The notes: generated from the sequence alone by a model not told the origin. A stretch of 63,527 nt of DNA from an uncultured Mycoplasmatota bacterium (GCA_947166445.1 CAMVED010000005.1:1-63527); one strand, 5' to 3'. Counted from the stretch's first letter, positions 10,788 through 21,513 are shown. Translations and numbers: made by a program.

Positions 10788-11339
10788 CTACCTTAATAAT
10801 AGTTTTAGTGCTTCTTTTACTTGCTCTTCGACTGTTTTTGAAGAATCCACTTTAGCAATTATTCCTTTGTAATCTTTTTCTTTGTAACCTAGTCCTTTTA
10901 GAACTTCGATTAATTCTTCTTTAGAGTTGTCTTCCTCTATTCCAGTAGTATTTAGTTTTCCTTTTAAGTCTAAAATTATTTGTTTTGCAACTTTATCTCC
11001 AATCTTTGGAAATTTTTTTAAATATAAAATGTTTTCTCTTTCAATAGCATCTACTATACCATTTATTGATCCAGTTGCAAGCATTGGTATAGCCATTTTA
11101 GGACCTAGTCCTTTTACATTTATTAACTTTAGAAATAATTCTTTTTCATCTAAATTTTTGAAGCCGTATAGAGTATGTTCATCTTCTCTTATATGTTCAT
11201 ATAAATATACTTTTACTTCCCTTTCAATTTCATATGAATAAGGATTTGGTACATTTATTTCATAGCCTATTTTATTTACTTCTAACATTATTTGATTAGA
11301 TGTTTGATCTGTTACTGTTCCTTTCATATATGCATACAT
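10788..11339 (-). CDS. ruvA: Holliday junction protein RuvA
   Basis: MYAYMKG, LYGF, VKGLGPKMA, PKIGDKVAKQIILDLKGK. Confidence 0.95.
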   Translation of the reverse strand: MYAYMKGTVTDQTSNQIMLEVNKIGYEINVPNPYSYEIEREVKVYLYEHIREDEHTLYGFKNLDEKELFLKLINVKGLGPKMAIPMLATGSINGIVDAIERENILYLKKFPKIGDKVAKQIILDLKGKLNTTGIEEDNSKEELIEVLKGLGYKEKDYKGIIAKVDSSKTVEEQVKEALKLLLR

Positions 11340-11418
11340 ATTATCACTCCTATCACTATTATATCATACAAACACTTGTTTGCAATAAAAAGAAGACATA
11401 ATTTACGGTATTTGTCTC

Positions 11419-11991
11419 CTATCTTTTATATTTTAATTTTATAAGTTTAGCAAAACTAGCTATTAGAGGCGTAACACTGGTGCCGCTTCTATATTTAGTA
11501 GTACTCTTTCCACCGTGTATAAGATTTTCTAGTTCAATATTTTTTCTTTTTATTAGAACTCCAAAGAATGGAATATCGTCTTCAATAGTTATAAAATCAT
11601 ATTTATTTAAATCACTATATTCTTTATTTAAATCGATATCTATATGATTAATCTTTCCATCATAAAACTTTTCATCTTTTACTGAAACAAATGTATTTCT
11701 ATCTATATTATCTTTGTTTCTTATATCTATATTTTTTTCCTTACATATTTTTATCATTTCTTCATTATCTGATAAAATGCTCTTGATACTATTAGCAATT
11801 ATTGTAAAACTCTCTGCATTACCGCTTGTGTATATAACATCATAATCATTTAAGTTTAGAACATTTAGTATTTGATTTGTAGCGGCTTCTTCTAGTTTTC
11901 TAGCATCAAGTCCAAGTTTATGTAGTGAATTACTATTGTAACCATAATCATGACTTGCTTTATCATATGTATTTAATATATCTTCTTTCAT
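11419..11991 (-). CDS. Miniaturised/degenerate cysteine desulfurase (NifS/IscS)-like protein
   Basis: NSNSLHKLG...YTSGNAES and LIHGG...RSGT match IscS segments; no SxHK PLP-lysine or catalytic Cys; only 190 aa. Confidence 0.6.
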   Translation of the reverse strand: MKEDILNTYDKASHDYGYNSNSLHKLGLDARKLEEAATNQILNVLNLNDYDVIYTSGNAESFTIIANSIKSILSDNEEMIKICKEKNIDIRNKDNIDRNTFVSVKDEKFYDGKINHIDIDLNKEYSDLNKYDFITIEDDIPFFGVLIKRKNIELENLIHGGKSTTKYRSGTSVTPLIASFAKLIKLKYKR

Positions 11992-12159
11992 ATAATACCT
12001 CTTTGTAATACTTTTTAATTTTTTTCATATATTTTCTTAGATATTAATATCTAAAAAGATTATAACACTTTACACTTGATTAGACAATAATTACTGTAAA
12101 ACAAGGTGTTTGGTTGAAAAGAATCTTTTGTTGTGTTAGAATATAATAAGGTGATAAAA

Positions 12160-12564
12160 ATGAAAAGAGTAAAATTGGTTATGTTATTGATAGCAGTTTT
12201 ATTACTTACAGGATGTGCAAATACTTTAAAATGTAAAATTGATACAAATAATTATACTTCTAAAGTGGTGATAAAATTTAAGAATAATAAACCTTCAACA
12301 TATGAGTTTAAAGATAAAATGATGTTTTCTCCGCAAGCTCCAGAAGCTGAACTTTATTATCATTCAAAATATGATGAGCACGGAACTTTGATAGCAGAAA
12401 AGTTTGCAAAAATGAGAAACAATGTTGACAATATAACTTTAAGAGTAAAATATGATTTTACTAAAAACAATTCTACTCAAGAGGATAAACTTTTGGTGAG
12501 TAGAAATGATTCTAAAAATGATGCTAAAACAAAAATAGAAAACTTAGGGTACAAATGTAAATAA
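12160..12564 (+). CDS. Putative lipoprotein
   Basis: Lipobox LLLTGC after a basic/hydrophobic signal; start reassigned to MKRVKL by SD AAGGTGA. Confidence 0.7.
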   Translation: MKRVKLVMLLIAVLLLTGCANTLKCKIDTNNYTSKVVIKFKNNKPSTYEFKDKMMFSPQAPEAELYYHSKYDEHGTLIAEKFAKMRNNVDNITLRVKYDFTKNNSTQEDKLLVSRNDSKNDAKTKIENLGYKCK

Positions 12565-12575
12565 CCTAAGCTTTT

Positions 12576-13850
12576 TTATTTATAATTATTTATCAAATCA
12601 ACTAGTTCTTGTTCTTCTTGGTCAGATATTTTTTTTCTCTCTATATTTTGATCAAACCAATCTGGTAGTTTTTCTTCTGTTTTCTTTTTAGTAACTGAAC
12701 TATTCTTTTTCATCTTTTTATGTTCTTTTATACAAGCATTCATTGCTTCGGGAACTGTTTCAATTCCTAGTCTCTTCCAGTGACTTCCTATAGTCTCAAT
12801 ATATTTTCTATTAAGCTGTTTATTATTAACACGAAGTACATAATCTAATAAAACATTAACTACACCAGGAGATAGTTTTAAATCTAAAAGCAAACTTTCA
12901 ATTAGTTGTAAATCGCGAGTTACTACTTTACCATTTTTATATTTGCTTTTTACAAACTGATATGGATTGGTATTTTCAAAAGTATAAATCATTTTCCCTT
13001 TTGGAGATACATCTCCAGTTGGGGTTTTTAAATGCTCAGGTTGTGACGAATGAATTAGGGTTGGTAGATTACCACTGTTTTCAAATTGATAAAAATTGCG
13101 AGATGCTTTTCTTAAAGATTCTTTATCTATCATACCTTTTTCATTTAGACATGTTTTTATTAATCCTTGCATCGTTATAACATCTATATTGTATAAGAAA
13201 CATAAATTGTTAATTAGTGATTTTGTATCTTTATTGAATGCTTTTTCATTAATTATTTTAGTATCAAGTCCTGAAATTAATAATTCGAAATCTATAGTAT
13301 TCTTGAATATAATTTCTCCTTTGTTCTTGGTGATGATGTCATCATTATTAAAGAATGAATTAACTGGTACAGTAGTAAACACTTCGTCAAAAGTTGATGA
13401 AACATCTTCATAATCTTTTAGTACTACCCTAGGAAGTTTATAACTTTCTACTATTTTTTTATATTCAGCTTTACCAACATTGTTATAGAGAACAATGTTT
13501 AAAATTGGATGATTTAAAAACTCATTTGCTGATACCGGGCCATATAATACATATACATAATTGCTAATAGGTCCTTTTTTTTGATATGTTTTTAAAAGTC
13601 CTACTGCTTCAAGTCTTTCTCTCATCTTTGTTATGTCTTCAAGTGATGTTTGCATTACACTTAATAAGTGATGGTGAGTGAATTCTTCAGTAATAGTACT
13701 ACTTTTATCTAAATCATTTAAAAGCGTTAAATATAAAGAGACTGATTTATTTCCTATAATTGGTTGGTATAAATCAACAAGTATCTTTTTATCTTGTTCA
13801 GTAATAATACTTTTATTAACAACTATATAACTGTCTGCAGGTAAAACCAT
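12576..13850 (-). CDS. dnaB: Replication initiation/helicase-loading protein DnaB (Bacilli type, DnaD domains)
   Basis: LYQPIIG, RERLEAVGLLKTY, LSPGVVNVLLDYVL, HWKR; start at MVLPAD after GGTGA. Confidence 0.88.
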   Translation of the reverse strand: MVLPADSYIVVNKSIITEQDKKILVDLYQPIIGNKSVSLYLTLLNDLDKSSTITEEFTHHHLLSVMQTSLEDITKMRERLEAVGLLKTYQKKGPISNYVYVLYGPVSANEFLNHPILNIVLYNNVGKAEYKKIVESYKLPRVVLKDYEDVSSTFDEVFTTVPVNSFFNNDDIITKNKGEIIFKNTIDFELLISGLDTKIINEKAFNKDTKSLINNLCFLYNIDVITMQGLIKTCLNEKGMIDKESLRKASRNFYQFENSGNLPTLIHSSQPEHLKTPTGDVSPKGKMIYTFENTNPYQFVKSKYKNGKVVTRDLQLIESLLLDLKLSPGVVNVLLDYVLRVNNKQLNRKYIETIGSHWKRLGIETVPEAMNACIKEHKKMKKNSSVTKKKTEEKLPDWFDQNIERKKISDQEEQELVDLINNYK

Positions 13851-13907
13851 ATCAATCACCATATTTATTATACTATAGATCAAAAAAAGAAAAAAGAAAA
13901 AGATTAA

Positions 13908-14129
13908 TTATAGTTTAACTAAAATTACATCTTCTCCAATTCTTTGTATTTTATCCCAAGATATCTCTGTTTCAGAGTCTCCTGATTTTAGTCTTATAAA
14001 CTTTTTGTTTTCTTCAATTACTAGGGAAAGTAGTTTTCCTGATTTATCTATTTTAACATCAATTATATTACCTATTTTTTTACCTTCAAGATTTACTATA
14101 TCTTTATATTGTAATTCTGATAATCTCAT
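13908..14129 (-). CDS. YlmC/YmxH family sporulation PRC-barrel protein
   Basis: MRLSELQYKDIVN...ISWDKIQRIGEDVILV. Confidence 0.85.
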   Translation of the reverse strand: MRLSELQYKDIVNLEGKKIGNIIDVKIDKSGKLLSLVIEENKKFIRLKSGDSETEISWDKIQRIGEDVILVKL

Positions 14130-14172
14130 ATTATCACCTATTTAAATTTATGAAAAATTAAAAAAAACATAA

Positions 14173-14604
14173 CTAGTTATGTTTTTTAAAAACAAATATT
14201 TTACTAAATATATAGTTTAATATCATTATGATAAATTGTACTAGTATTTTAGATATTTTGTCATTAATATGAAGTGGACTTGTAAGTAGCCACATACTAA
14301 TCATTTCTATACCAAGTGTTGTAAGTCTAGATAGAAAGAACTTAATCATTTCTATTAACTTGCCCTTACCTTGTATTTTTGATTCAAACACATATTTTTT
14401 GTTAGCAAAAAATGCAAAAAGTACTGCTAAAATCCAAGATATTATGGTTGATATTTGAATGTGTAACTGACTATTGTTTGTTAATATGAATAGTCTTACT
14501 ATGTAAAATGATGCAATACTTACTACTGTAGTAAGGCCTCCGACTATTATATAATTAATTATTTCTTTATACTTTTTATATAAATCTTTGATTTTATTTA
14601 TCAT
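14173..14604 (-). CDS. GtrA/GtcA family lipid-carrier flippase
   Basis: YIIVGGLTTVVS, FAFFANKKYVF, NYIFSKIFVF. Confidence 0.88.
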   Translation of the reverse strand: MINKIKDLYKKYKEIINYIIVGGLTTVVSIASFYIVRLFILTNNSQLHIQISTIISWILAVLFAFFANKKYVFESKIQGKGKLIEMIKFFLSRLTTLGIEMISMWLLTSPLHINDKISKILVQFIIMILNYIFSKIFVFKKHN

Positions 14605-15535
14605 TCGATATTTCTTCCTTTACTATATATATTGGTCTATCTTTGCTTTCTAAATATATCTTACTTATGTATTCTCCAATTATACCTATGCAAAAAAGTT
14701 GGATGCCTCCAAGCAAAAGAATTAAAGTAATAATTGTTGGGTATCCAGGAATATCTATACCAATGAATATTTTTTGTATTAAAACTACCAACAAATAAAT
14801 TCCTGAAAGAATTGATAGAAACAATCCTAAAAATGTCGCAAGTTTTAAAGGCTTTGTAGAGAATGATACAATGCCTTCCATGGCATATTTAAATAATTTA
14901 TAAGGATTCCATTTTGAAGTTCCATGAACTCTTTTTTCAGGTGTATATGGCAGGTAGCTAGTTTTAAATCCTACCCATGAAAATATTCCTTTTGTAAAAC
15001 GGCAACGTTCATCAAGTAACAAAAGTGCTTTTCTTACATTTGCTCTAAACATTCTAAAATCACTAGCACCTTGTTTTAACTCTACATCGGATATTTTGTT
15101 CATTGTCTTGTAAAACAATCCTTTAACTTTACTCATTAGTTTTCCTTCAATTCGCTTTGATTGATAATAGCAAACGCAGTCAACATCTTCTTCTTTGTCA
15201 AGAAGTTCAGCCATTTTTAAAGTTAGACTTGGAGGTTGTTGCATATCTGCATCTATTAGAACTGTATAATCTCCAGTTGCGGCATTTAATCCTGCATATA
15301 TAACTGATTCTTTACCAAAATTTCTTGAAAACGATAATACTTTTACTATACATTCTTTAGTTTTGGCTATTTCTTTTAGCTCATTTAAAGTATTGTCTTT
15401 TGAGCCATCATCAATAAAGATTAGTTCTATTATATATTTTTTACTATCCTTATATGTCTTGATAGCATTTTCAAAAAACAATTGAACATTACCTTCTTCA
15501 TTATAACAAGGTATTATCATCGATATTTTTTTCAT
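14594..15535 (-). CDS. GT2 undecaprenyl-phosphate glycosyltransferase (GtrB/CsbB-like)
   Basis: IIPCYNEE, DDGSKD, FSRNFGKE, DADMQ, two C-terminal TM helices. Confidence 0.9.
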   Translation of the reverse strand: MKKISMIIPCYNEEGNVQLFFENAIKTYKDSKKYIIELIFIDDGSKDNTLNELKEIAKTKECIVKVLSFSRNFGKESVIYAGLNAATGDYTVLIDADMQQPPSLTLKMAELLDKEEDVDCVCYYQSKRIEGKLMSKVKGLFYKTMNKISDVELKQGASDFRMFRANVRKALLLLDERCRFTKGIFSWVGFKTSYLPYTPEKRVHGTSKWNPYKLFKYAMEGIVSFSTKPLKLATFLGLFLSILSGIYLLVVLIQKIFIGIDIPGYPTIITLILLLGGIQLFCIGIIGEYISKIYLESKDRPIYIVKEEISNDK

Positions 15536-18002
15536 GTCTTTTTACTCCTTTATATCCAATAGTTATTAGTAATAAACATATTCCCATTACTGATACTATT
15601 TTTCCTATATTCAACCATGGTGCAGTATAATTTATTTCTATGTTATGATTCCCTTTTCCTATTTCAAATCCTATAAATGATTTATTTACTATTTCATAAT
15701 TTGTTTTCTTTCCATCAACGTATATATTATAACCTTTATCATATGGAATTGAAAGATTAAAATAGCCGTTTTCTTTAACATTTATATGTCCTTTTATAGT
15801 ATCTCCTTGTGCTTTATCTATAATAAACTCATCATGTAATTTATTGATGTTTTTAATATCATTGTAATCTAGTGTGTACACTTCAATATCTGATATATCA
15901 TATTTTCCTTTTTCTACCTCTATATCAAGTCTGTTTGGCTCTGAAATAACATATGTAAAACTGTAATTATTATTATGATATTTCCAGCTTTTACATGTTA
16001 AAACATTTCTAACATCATTTATAGTTATATAAGTATCTCCCTTACTACAACTTTGAGAATAATTCATGTCAAATTTTATTACAACTATTTTGTTGTCTAA
16101 ATCTTTTAGAGATTTAATAGTATAATATTCCTTTTCTTTGAGATTAAATTCATAATCTTCTTGTACTTTTTTATTAAATGAATTGCTTATTTTCATTTCC
16201 TTTAACTTTGAACTATATCCTGAAACAATATCATTTTTAACAATTGTATAATTTAGAAGTGCTTCTATGTTGTATGGATATTCTAACATATTAAATTCTT
16301 TTTCACTCATAAGTTTACTATTTGAATATCCAATGCTAAAAACATCATCATTTTTATATAAATTAATATTGTCACTAGAAACTAATTCGTATCCTATCGG
16401 AGGATTGTCTCCAATTAAATACTTATTACCGAAGTATATGTTAAATAACGGATTTGATATATCACTAAAAATAGCATTGTTTCTATTAGGATTGTCTGTA
16501 TCATAAATATCCCAATAGAAATTTTTGTAATATTTATTAGTAACAGAAGAATACATAGTTGTTTTATATTCATTCATTGTTCTTATATTATTACTATTTA
16601 ATGATTGATTAGTTAAATCAATTGTTCTATAGATATTGTTATCATTCATATTATTTATAAGTTCTTGTATATTAGGATCATATTGATTTTTTTCTACAAA
16701 TGGATCATTAAATTTATCACTTGTGTTTACTTTTATACAATTAAACAAACTTAATGATAATATAGCTAATATTAAAAATGTTTTTTTATTGTATTTTTCA
16801 TATATTAACAAGCTTAAACCTATTAGTATTATATCAATTGTATATAGTAAATATTGACTATAATTAAGGCATCCAAGAATACTTATTATTAAAACTATAG
16901 ATATTAAAGATTTCGATACTTTGTCTTTTTTTATTAGAAAATCTTCTAGTGTTTTTGTAATTAATAGTATTCCTAAAGGAATAAAAGGAATAAACACTTT
17001 ACCATTCAAATACATGAATCCATTTAGTACATAATTGATTATTGGAAAACATAGTATAAGCACAAAAACTATTGCTAAAAATCTAGTATTTTTTTGCTTT
17101 TTTAATAATAAATGAATAATAGAAACTATAAGAATAGAACTAAGTCCCATGGAATAACTATTATAAAGAATACTTTTAAATGATATATTAGGCACTAGAT
17201 ATGTGAATATAGTTTCTTCAGTTGCTTCTTTGAATCTGTTGTCTAATATTGCTTTTAAGCTTGGTAGTAATAATACTGCACTTATTAACACAGATAATAT
17301 AAAATACCAAGCAATTATTAAATGATTTTTGATAAATTCTTTAATCTTGATTCTTTCGTTGTTTTCTAAATATAAGTATATTGCATATATAAATAGAGCA
17401 ATAAGAGCAGGAACGCTGAAGAAATAACTTGATGTAATTATTAATATGTTTGAAAGTATCAAAAGATATGGTTGTTTATTTTTTAAATACTTTTCTATTC
17501 CAAATAATCCCATAAATAAAAATGGCATATAACACATAAACATAACATGTCTATGAGTATGTAAGATTAAAGGTCCAGCAAAAGTATATAAGAAAGTAGA
17601 AATAAATCTAATCTTTTTATCATCTGTTTTATCAGACACCCATGAATAACACAGAATAATACTTATAATAAATAGAACAATTGTTGTTATTTCTAGATAT
17701 GTTTTCATTTTTAGAAATGGTAATAGATAAGAAATTAATATTATAGGACTTAGTAATCCATAATATGAAAAGTTAAAAATATTTTGTCCCATTCCTAAAT
17801 TAAATGCGTAAGATGGAAAAAACTTTTTTGTGTTATAGAAAAGTGTTCTAAAATATTCTGGTATCATATAGTGTTGATATGAATAATCAATCGTTGATGC
17901 ATAAGATGTTCCATTATGTATTAGTAAAAATATGAAAACAGTAAAAAAAGAAATAATGATTAAAAAAAGATTTAAATAATCTTGCTTTGAATACTTTTTC
18001 AT
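15501..18002 (-). CDS. YfhO family GT-C glycosyltransferase
   Basis: 833 aa multi-TM; LGMGQNIF..YYGLLSP; C-terminal SIPYDKGY...GFEIGKGNH.IE.NYTAP. Confidence 0.85.
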   Translation of the reverse strand: MKKYSKQDYLNLFLIIISFFTVFIFLLIHNGTSYASTIDYSYQHYMIPEYFRTLFYNTKKFFPSYAFNLGMGQNIFNFSYYGLLSPIILISYLLPFLKMKTYLEITTIVLFIISIILCYSWVSDKTDDKKIRFISTFLYTFAGPLILHTHRHVMFMCYMPFLFMGLFGIEKYLKNKQPYLLILSNILIITSSYFFSVPALIALFIYAIYLYLENNERIKIKEFIKNHLIIAWYFILSVLISAVLLLPSLKAILDNRFKEATEETIFTYLVPNISFKSILYNSYSMGLSSILIVSIIHLLLKKQKNTRFLAIVFVLILCFPIINYVLNGFMYLNGKVFIPFIPLGILLITKTLEDFLIKKDKVSKSLISIVLIISILGCLNYSQYLLYTIDIILIGLSLLIYEKYNKKTFLILAILSLSLFNCIKVNTSDKFNDPFVEKNQYDPNIQELINNMNDNNIYRTIDLTNQSLNSNNIRTMNEYKTTMYSSVTNKYYKNFYWDIYDTDNPNRNNAIFSDISNPLFNIYFGNKYLIGDNPPIGYELVSSDNINLYKNDDVFSIGYSNSKLMSEKEFNMLEYPYNIEALLNYTIVKNDIVSGYSSKLKEMKISNSFNKKVQEDYEFNLKEKEYYTIKSLKDLDNKIVVIKFDMNYSQSCSKGDTYITINDVRNVLTCKSWKYHNNNYSFTYVISEPNRLDIEVEKGKYDISDIEVYTLDYNDIKNINKLHDEFIIDKAQGDTIKGHINVKENGYFNLSIPYDKGYNIYVDGKKTNYEIVNKSFIGFEIGKGNHNIEINYTAPWLNIGKIVSVMGICLLLITIGYKGVKRHEKNIDDNTLL

Positions 18003-18095
18003 ATCATCACTCCCAAACCAATATAATATTACTATTAATTATGTGTTTTGTCAAAAAAAAGGACCTAGACTATTATTGTCTAACTCCTTTCATTT

Positions 18096-19682
18096 CTATT
18101 TTAATCTAAATGATTTGTAGTTACTCCATGGAGCATATGTTTTTTTACCATTTATTATTTTATATGCTCTTACTTTATAGTAATATGTTTTATTTTTCTT
18201 TGTATCTATTTTATAACCAATATATTTATCGTTTACTGTTTTTACAATACTATAATTTCTTGTTTTATATACTGATCTTGCTATTTGATATCCTGATGCA
18301 CCTTCAACTTTTTTCCATTTTACTTGTACTTTTGAATTATTATATTTTGTTACTGTTGGCAAATTCATTTTTGTAATTATATAATTTGTAGTTTTGTAAG
18401 TTCCACTTGTAATTATCTTGTTATTAAAATCACCAATTTGTATTTTTATATATGGTACTATTTTAAAGGCATATCTTGTGTTTTTTTCGAGTGCTTCTGT
18501 GGTATATATTGCTTTAGTTAAATCTTCGTTAATTCCACCACTAGTTTTTAATTTTACATCTGCTAAAAATTCCCATTTAGTAGAATTTCCCTTTTTTACA
18601 TATAAATAATTACCTGTTGCTCCAATTAATCCTTTTTGATCCGGATTATTCCATCCAAGATTAATAATATTAGAACTATTTATTTTAGCTGTTAAATTAG
18701 TTACTGGTTCTTTATATACTTTTACTAAATCACCTTTAATTGTAATATCATAATTAGGCATTACAAATGTATTGTAATTTGAATTATATTTTACACTTTT
18801 TGTAACATCTTCTCCTGTTGATGTTTTAATTATTCTAACATTTTCAACATTGTAAAAATATCTTAATTCACCATAAGCTGATTCATCAGTTCCATCATAA
18901 CCAAACACACCATCTTCATAAATAGTATATGAAGCAGGGTTAATTCTCATTTTATTACCATTCACACCAGTTTTTGGTATATATAAATACTCACTATCTG
19001 ATACTTCATTTTTTATATTATTCGCAGTGAAATTACCTATTTTTAGATAGTTAATCCATCCCATTTCTCGCGCTTGATATAATTCTTCAGCTTTATAAAC
19101 AGTTGTATCTCTTGAGTCTCCATAAGGACCTGCTAAAACAGAATGGTTACTAACTACATTTCCTATCAATCCTGTGCCATCACCTTCTCCAGAGTTATGA
19201 TCAAATGTTGTCACCTCTATATTTTTACTTTCAAATGTGATGCTTTTAACTTTTTCAGTTTCTATAGAGCCATTTCCTGGACAACTACTATTATCATATA
19301 CACAAATACCATTATATGAATCTATATATAAACTACCAGTACCACTTATAGTTAAATCTTGGCTTGAGAAAATTGCATAATCGTATTCGCCATATATTTT
19401 GTTGTCTCCAATTAGTACAATCTTAAATGCTTCGGTACCTTTATATGCTATTATGTTATACCAATAGTGACTATCTATTGTAACATTATCAAGTGTTAAA
19501 GTATTTGTAGAACTATCAAATGTAGCAGTTCCTTCATCACAGTTGATTGTTGTTTTTTCACTTGTAAATTCTTCTCCATTTATAAACAATCCATAGTTTT
19601 CAGTAGCTTGTACACTATTTATCGTTATAATACTTATTAATATTGTTGTTATAGTTAATAATAATTTTTTTATTTTTTTCAT
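18096..19682 (-). CDS. Secreted surface protein with C-terminal fibronectin type III domains
   Basis: Signal peptide; KWKKVEGASGYQIARS...YYYKVRAY Fn3 pattern; paralog at 49879-51468. Confidence 0.75.
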   Translation of the reverse strand: MKKIKKLLLTITTILISIITINSVQATENYGLFINGEEFTSEKTTINCDEGTATFDSSTNTLTLDNVTIDSHYWYNIIAYKGTEAFKIVLIGDNKIYGEYDYAIFSSQDLTISGTGSLYIDSYNGICVYDNSSCPGNGSIETEKVKSITFESKNIEVTTFDHNSGEGDGTGLIGNVVSNHSVLAGPYGDSRDTTVYKAEELYQAREMGWINYLKIGNFTANNIKNEVSDSEYLYIPKTGVNGNKMRINPASYTIYEDGVFGYDGTDESAYGELRYFYNVENVRIIKTSTGEDVTKSVKYNSNYNTFVMPNYDITIKGDLVKVYKEPVTNLTAKINSSNIINLGWNNPDQKGLIGATGNYLYVKKGNSTKWEFLADVKLKTSGGINEDLTKAIYTTEALEKNTRYAFKIVPYIKIQIGDFNNKIITSGTYKTTNYIITKMNLPTVTKYNNSKVQVKWKKVEGASGYQIARSVYKTRNYSIVKTVNDKYIGYKIDTKKNKTYYYKVRAYKIINGKKTYAPWSNYKSFRLK

Positions 19683-19825
19683 TTTTTTCTCCTTTCTTTT
19701 TTATTATTTATTTAGTTTTCTTCTATTAATCCTCCTTCCAATTATTCTTATAATAATTATATCATATATTATTTATTTATCAAGAGAGTGGGAATTTTTT
19801 GTATAAAAAAAGAACTTGTTAGTTC

Positions 19826-20596
19826 TTATAGTTGTTTTCGTACTCTTTGGATAGCACTTTTTTCTAGTCTTGATATTTGAGCTTGGCTTATACCTATCTC
19901 TTCTGCTATTTCCATTTGTGTTTTTCCTATTACGAATCTTTGATCTAGAATGAATTGTTCCCTTTCTGATAGATTTTTAATTGCTTTATCTACTGCTAAT
20001 CTTAGATCCAAATCTTGATTTGTTGAATTATCTGCTACTTGATCAAATAGATATATTGTATCTCCTCCATCATTATAAATCGGTTCAAAAAGGCTTACTG
20101 GGGGTCTTAGAGCTTCCATTGCTGTTATAATGTCTTGTTCTTCTATCTCTAAAAGGTCTGCAAGTTCTTTATCAGTTGGCTCTACTCCGTTTTTTACTGT
20201 TAATTCATCTTTTAATTTTATTACTTTATAAGCAATATCTTTTATACTTCTACTTATTCTAATACTATTGTTATCTCTTAAGTAACGTCTTACTTCTCCA
20301 AGAACCATAGGTACACAGTATGTCGAGAACTTCACTCCATAAGATAGATCAAAGTTATCGATTGCTTTTACTAGTCCAATGCATCCTACTTGAAATAAAT
20401 CATCCATATTTTCATCTTTTTTATTAAATCTTTTTAGTATTGATAAAACTAATTTTAAGTTACCATTTATTAATCTTTCTCTAGCTTTGTTATCACCTTT
20501 GTTCATTTTTTTAAATAACTCTTCCATTTCTTCTTGAGTTAGTACTTCTATATCGTTTGTATTCATTCCTGTTATTTCTACTTTATGTTTTGCCAT
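19826..20596 (-). CDS. sigG: Late forespore sigma factor SigG
   Basis: KVEITGMNT N-terminus, GNLKLVLSI, DDLFQVGCIGL, EPIYNDGGDTIYLFDQV, GKTQMEIAEEIGISQAQISR. Confidence 0.92.
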   Translation of the reverse strand: MAKHKVEITGMNTNDIEVLTQEEMEELFKKMNKGDNKARERLINGNLKLVLSILKRFNKKDENMDDLFQVGCIGLVKAIDNFDLSYGVKFSTYCVPMVLGEVRRYLRDNNSIRISRSIKDIAYKVIKLKDELTVKNGVEPTDKELADLLEIEEQDIITAMEALRPPVSLFEPIYNDGGDTIYLFDQVADNSTNQDLDLRLAVDKAIKNLSEREQFILDQRFVIGKTQMEIAEEIGISQAQISRLEKSAIQRVRKQL

Positions 20597-20649
20597 TAAA
20601 AAAACTCCTTTCATATCTGTATTGATATAAAAAGAGTTTTTTTATTCAT

Positions 20650-21504
20650 TTACTTATTAAAAATACTTTTTAGATTTAAACTAGCATTATAAATTTCTTT
20701 TTTAGAAAGGTTTTGATTTTCTTTATTAAGTTTATCAACCGCTTCTTTTAAAGATATATTATCTTTTACTATGTAATCTATAAGCATAGATTCTATTGAT
20801 ATATTGGTTTCTTTTTTTATTATTTGTTCTTGTTTTTCTATAACAAATGTATATTCTCCTGCTTGTGCTTTTTCATCTTTTTTTAATTCTTTTAATACTT
20901 TTGTTATATCTCCATAATAGTTTTTTTCATGGAGTTTAGTTAGTTCTTTACAAATGCTTACTTTTATATTTGAAAATTCTTTTTCTAACACTTCAAGTGT
21001 TTTAATTATTCTTTTTGGAGATTCATAAAAGACATATGTTTTTATACTTGAACTTTTTATTATTTTTATAAGTTTATTTTGATCTTTCTTTTCTCTTGGG
21101 AAGAATCCATAATATGTAAAACTTGTAGTATCTAGTCCACTTATAGAAAGTGCTGTTATTACCGCAGATATACCTCCGATACCATATACCGGTATTTTCT
21201 CTTCTCTAGCCTTTCTTACTATTACTTCCCCAGGATCATTAATACATGGTGTACCTGCATCTGATATAACTGCAATGTTTTTTCCTTCTTTTAAATCTTT
21301 TATTATGGAATTACTTCTATCTTGTTCATTAAACTTATGATAAGAAACTAGTTTATTTTTTATGTCAAAATGATTTAATAATTTCAAACTATTTCTAGTA
21401 TCTTCACAAAGAATATAATCTACTTCTTTTAAGGTTTCTATAGCTCTTTGTGTCATATCTTTTAAGTTTCCTATTGGGGTTGCTACTATATATAAATTTC
21501 CCAT
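20650..21504 (-). CDS. rsmI: 16S rRNA C1402 2'-O-methyltransferase
   Basis: LYIVATPIGNL, CEDTR, SDAGTPCINDPG, YESPKR, KELTKLHE. Confidence 0.95.
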   Translation of the reverse strand: MGNLYIVATPIGNLKDMTQRAIETLKEVDYILCEDTRNSLKLLNHFDIKNKLVSYHKFNEQDRSNSIIKDLKEGKNIAVISDAGTPCINDPGEVIVRKAREEKIPVYGIGGISAVITALSISGLDTTSFTYYGFFPREKKDQNKLIKIIKSSSIKTYVFYESPKRIIKTLEVLEKEFSNIKVSICKELTKLHEKNYYGDITKVLKELKKDEKAQAGEYTFVIEKQEQIIKKETNISIESMLIDYIVKDNISLKEAVDKLNKENQNLSKKEIYNASLNLKSIFNK

Positions 21505-21513
21505 TTTATCACC

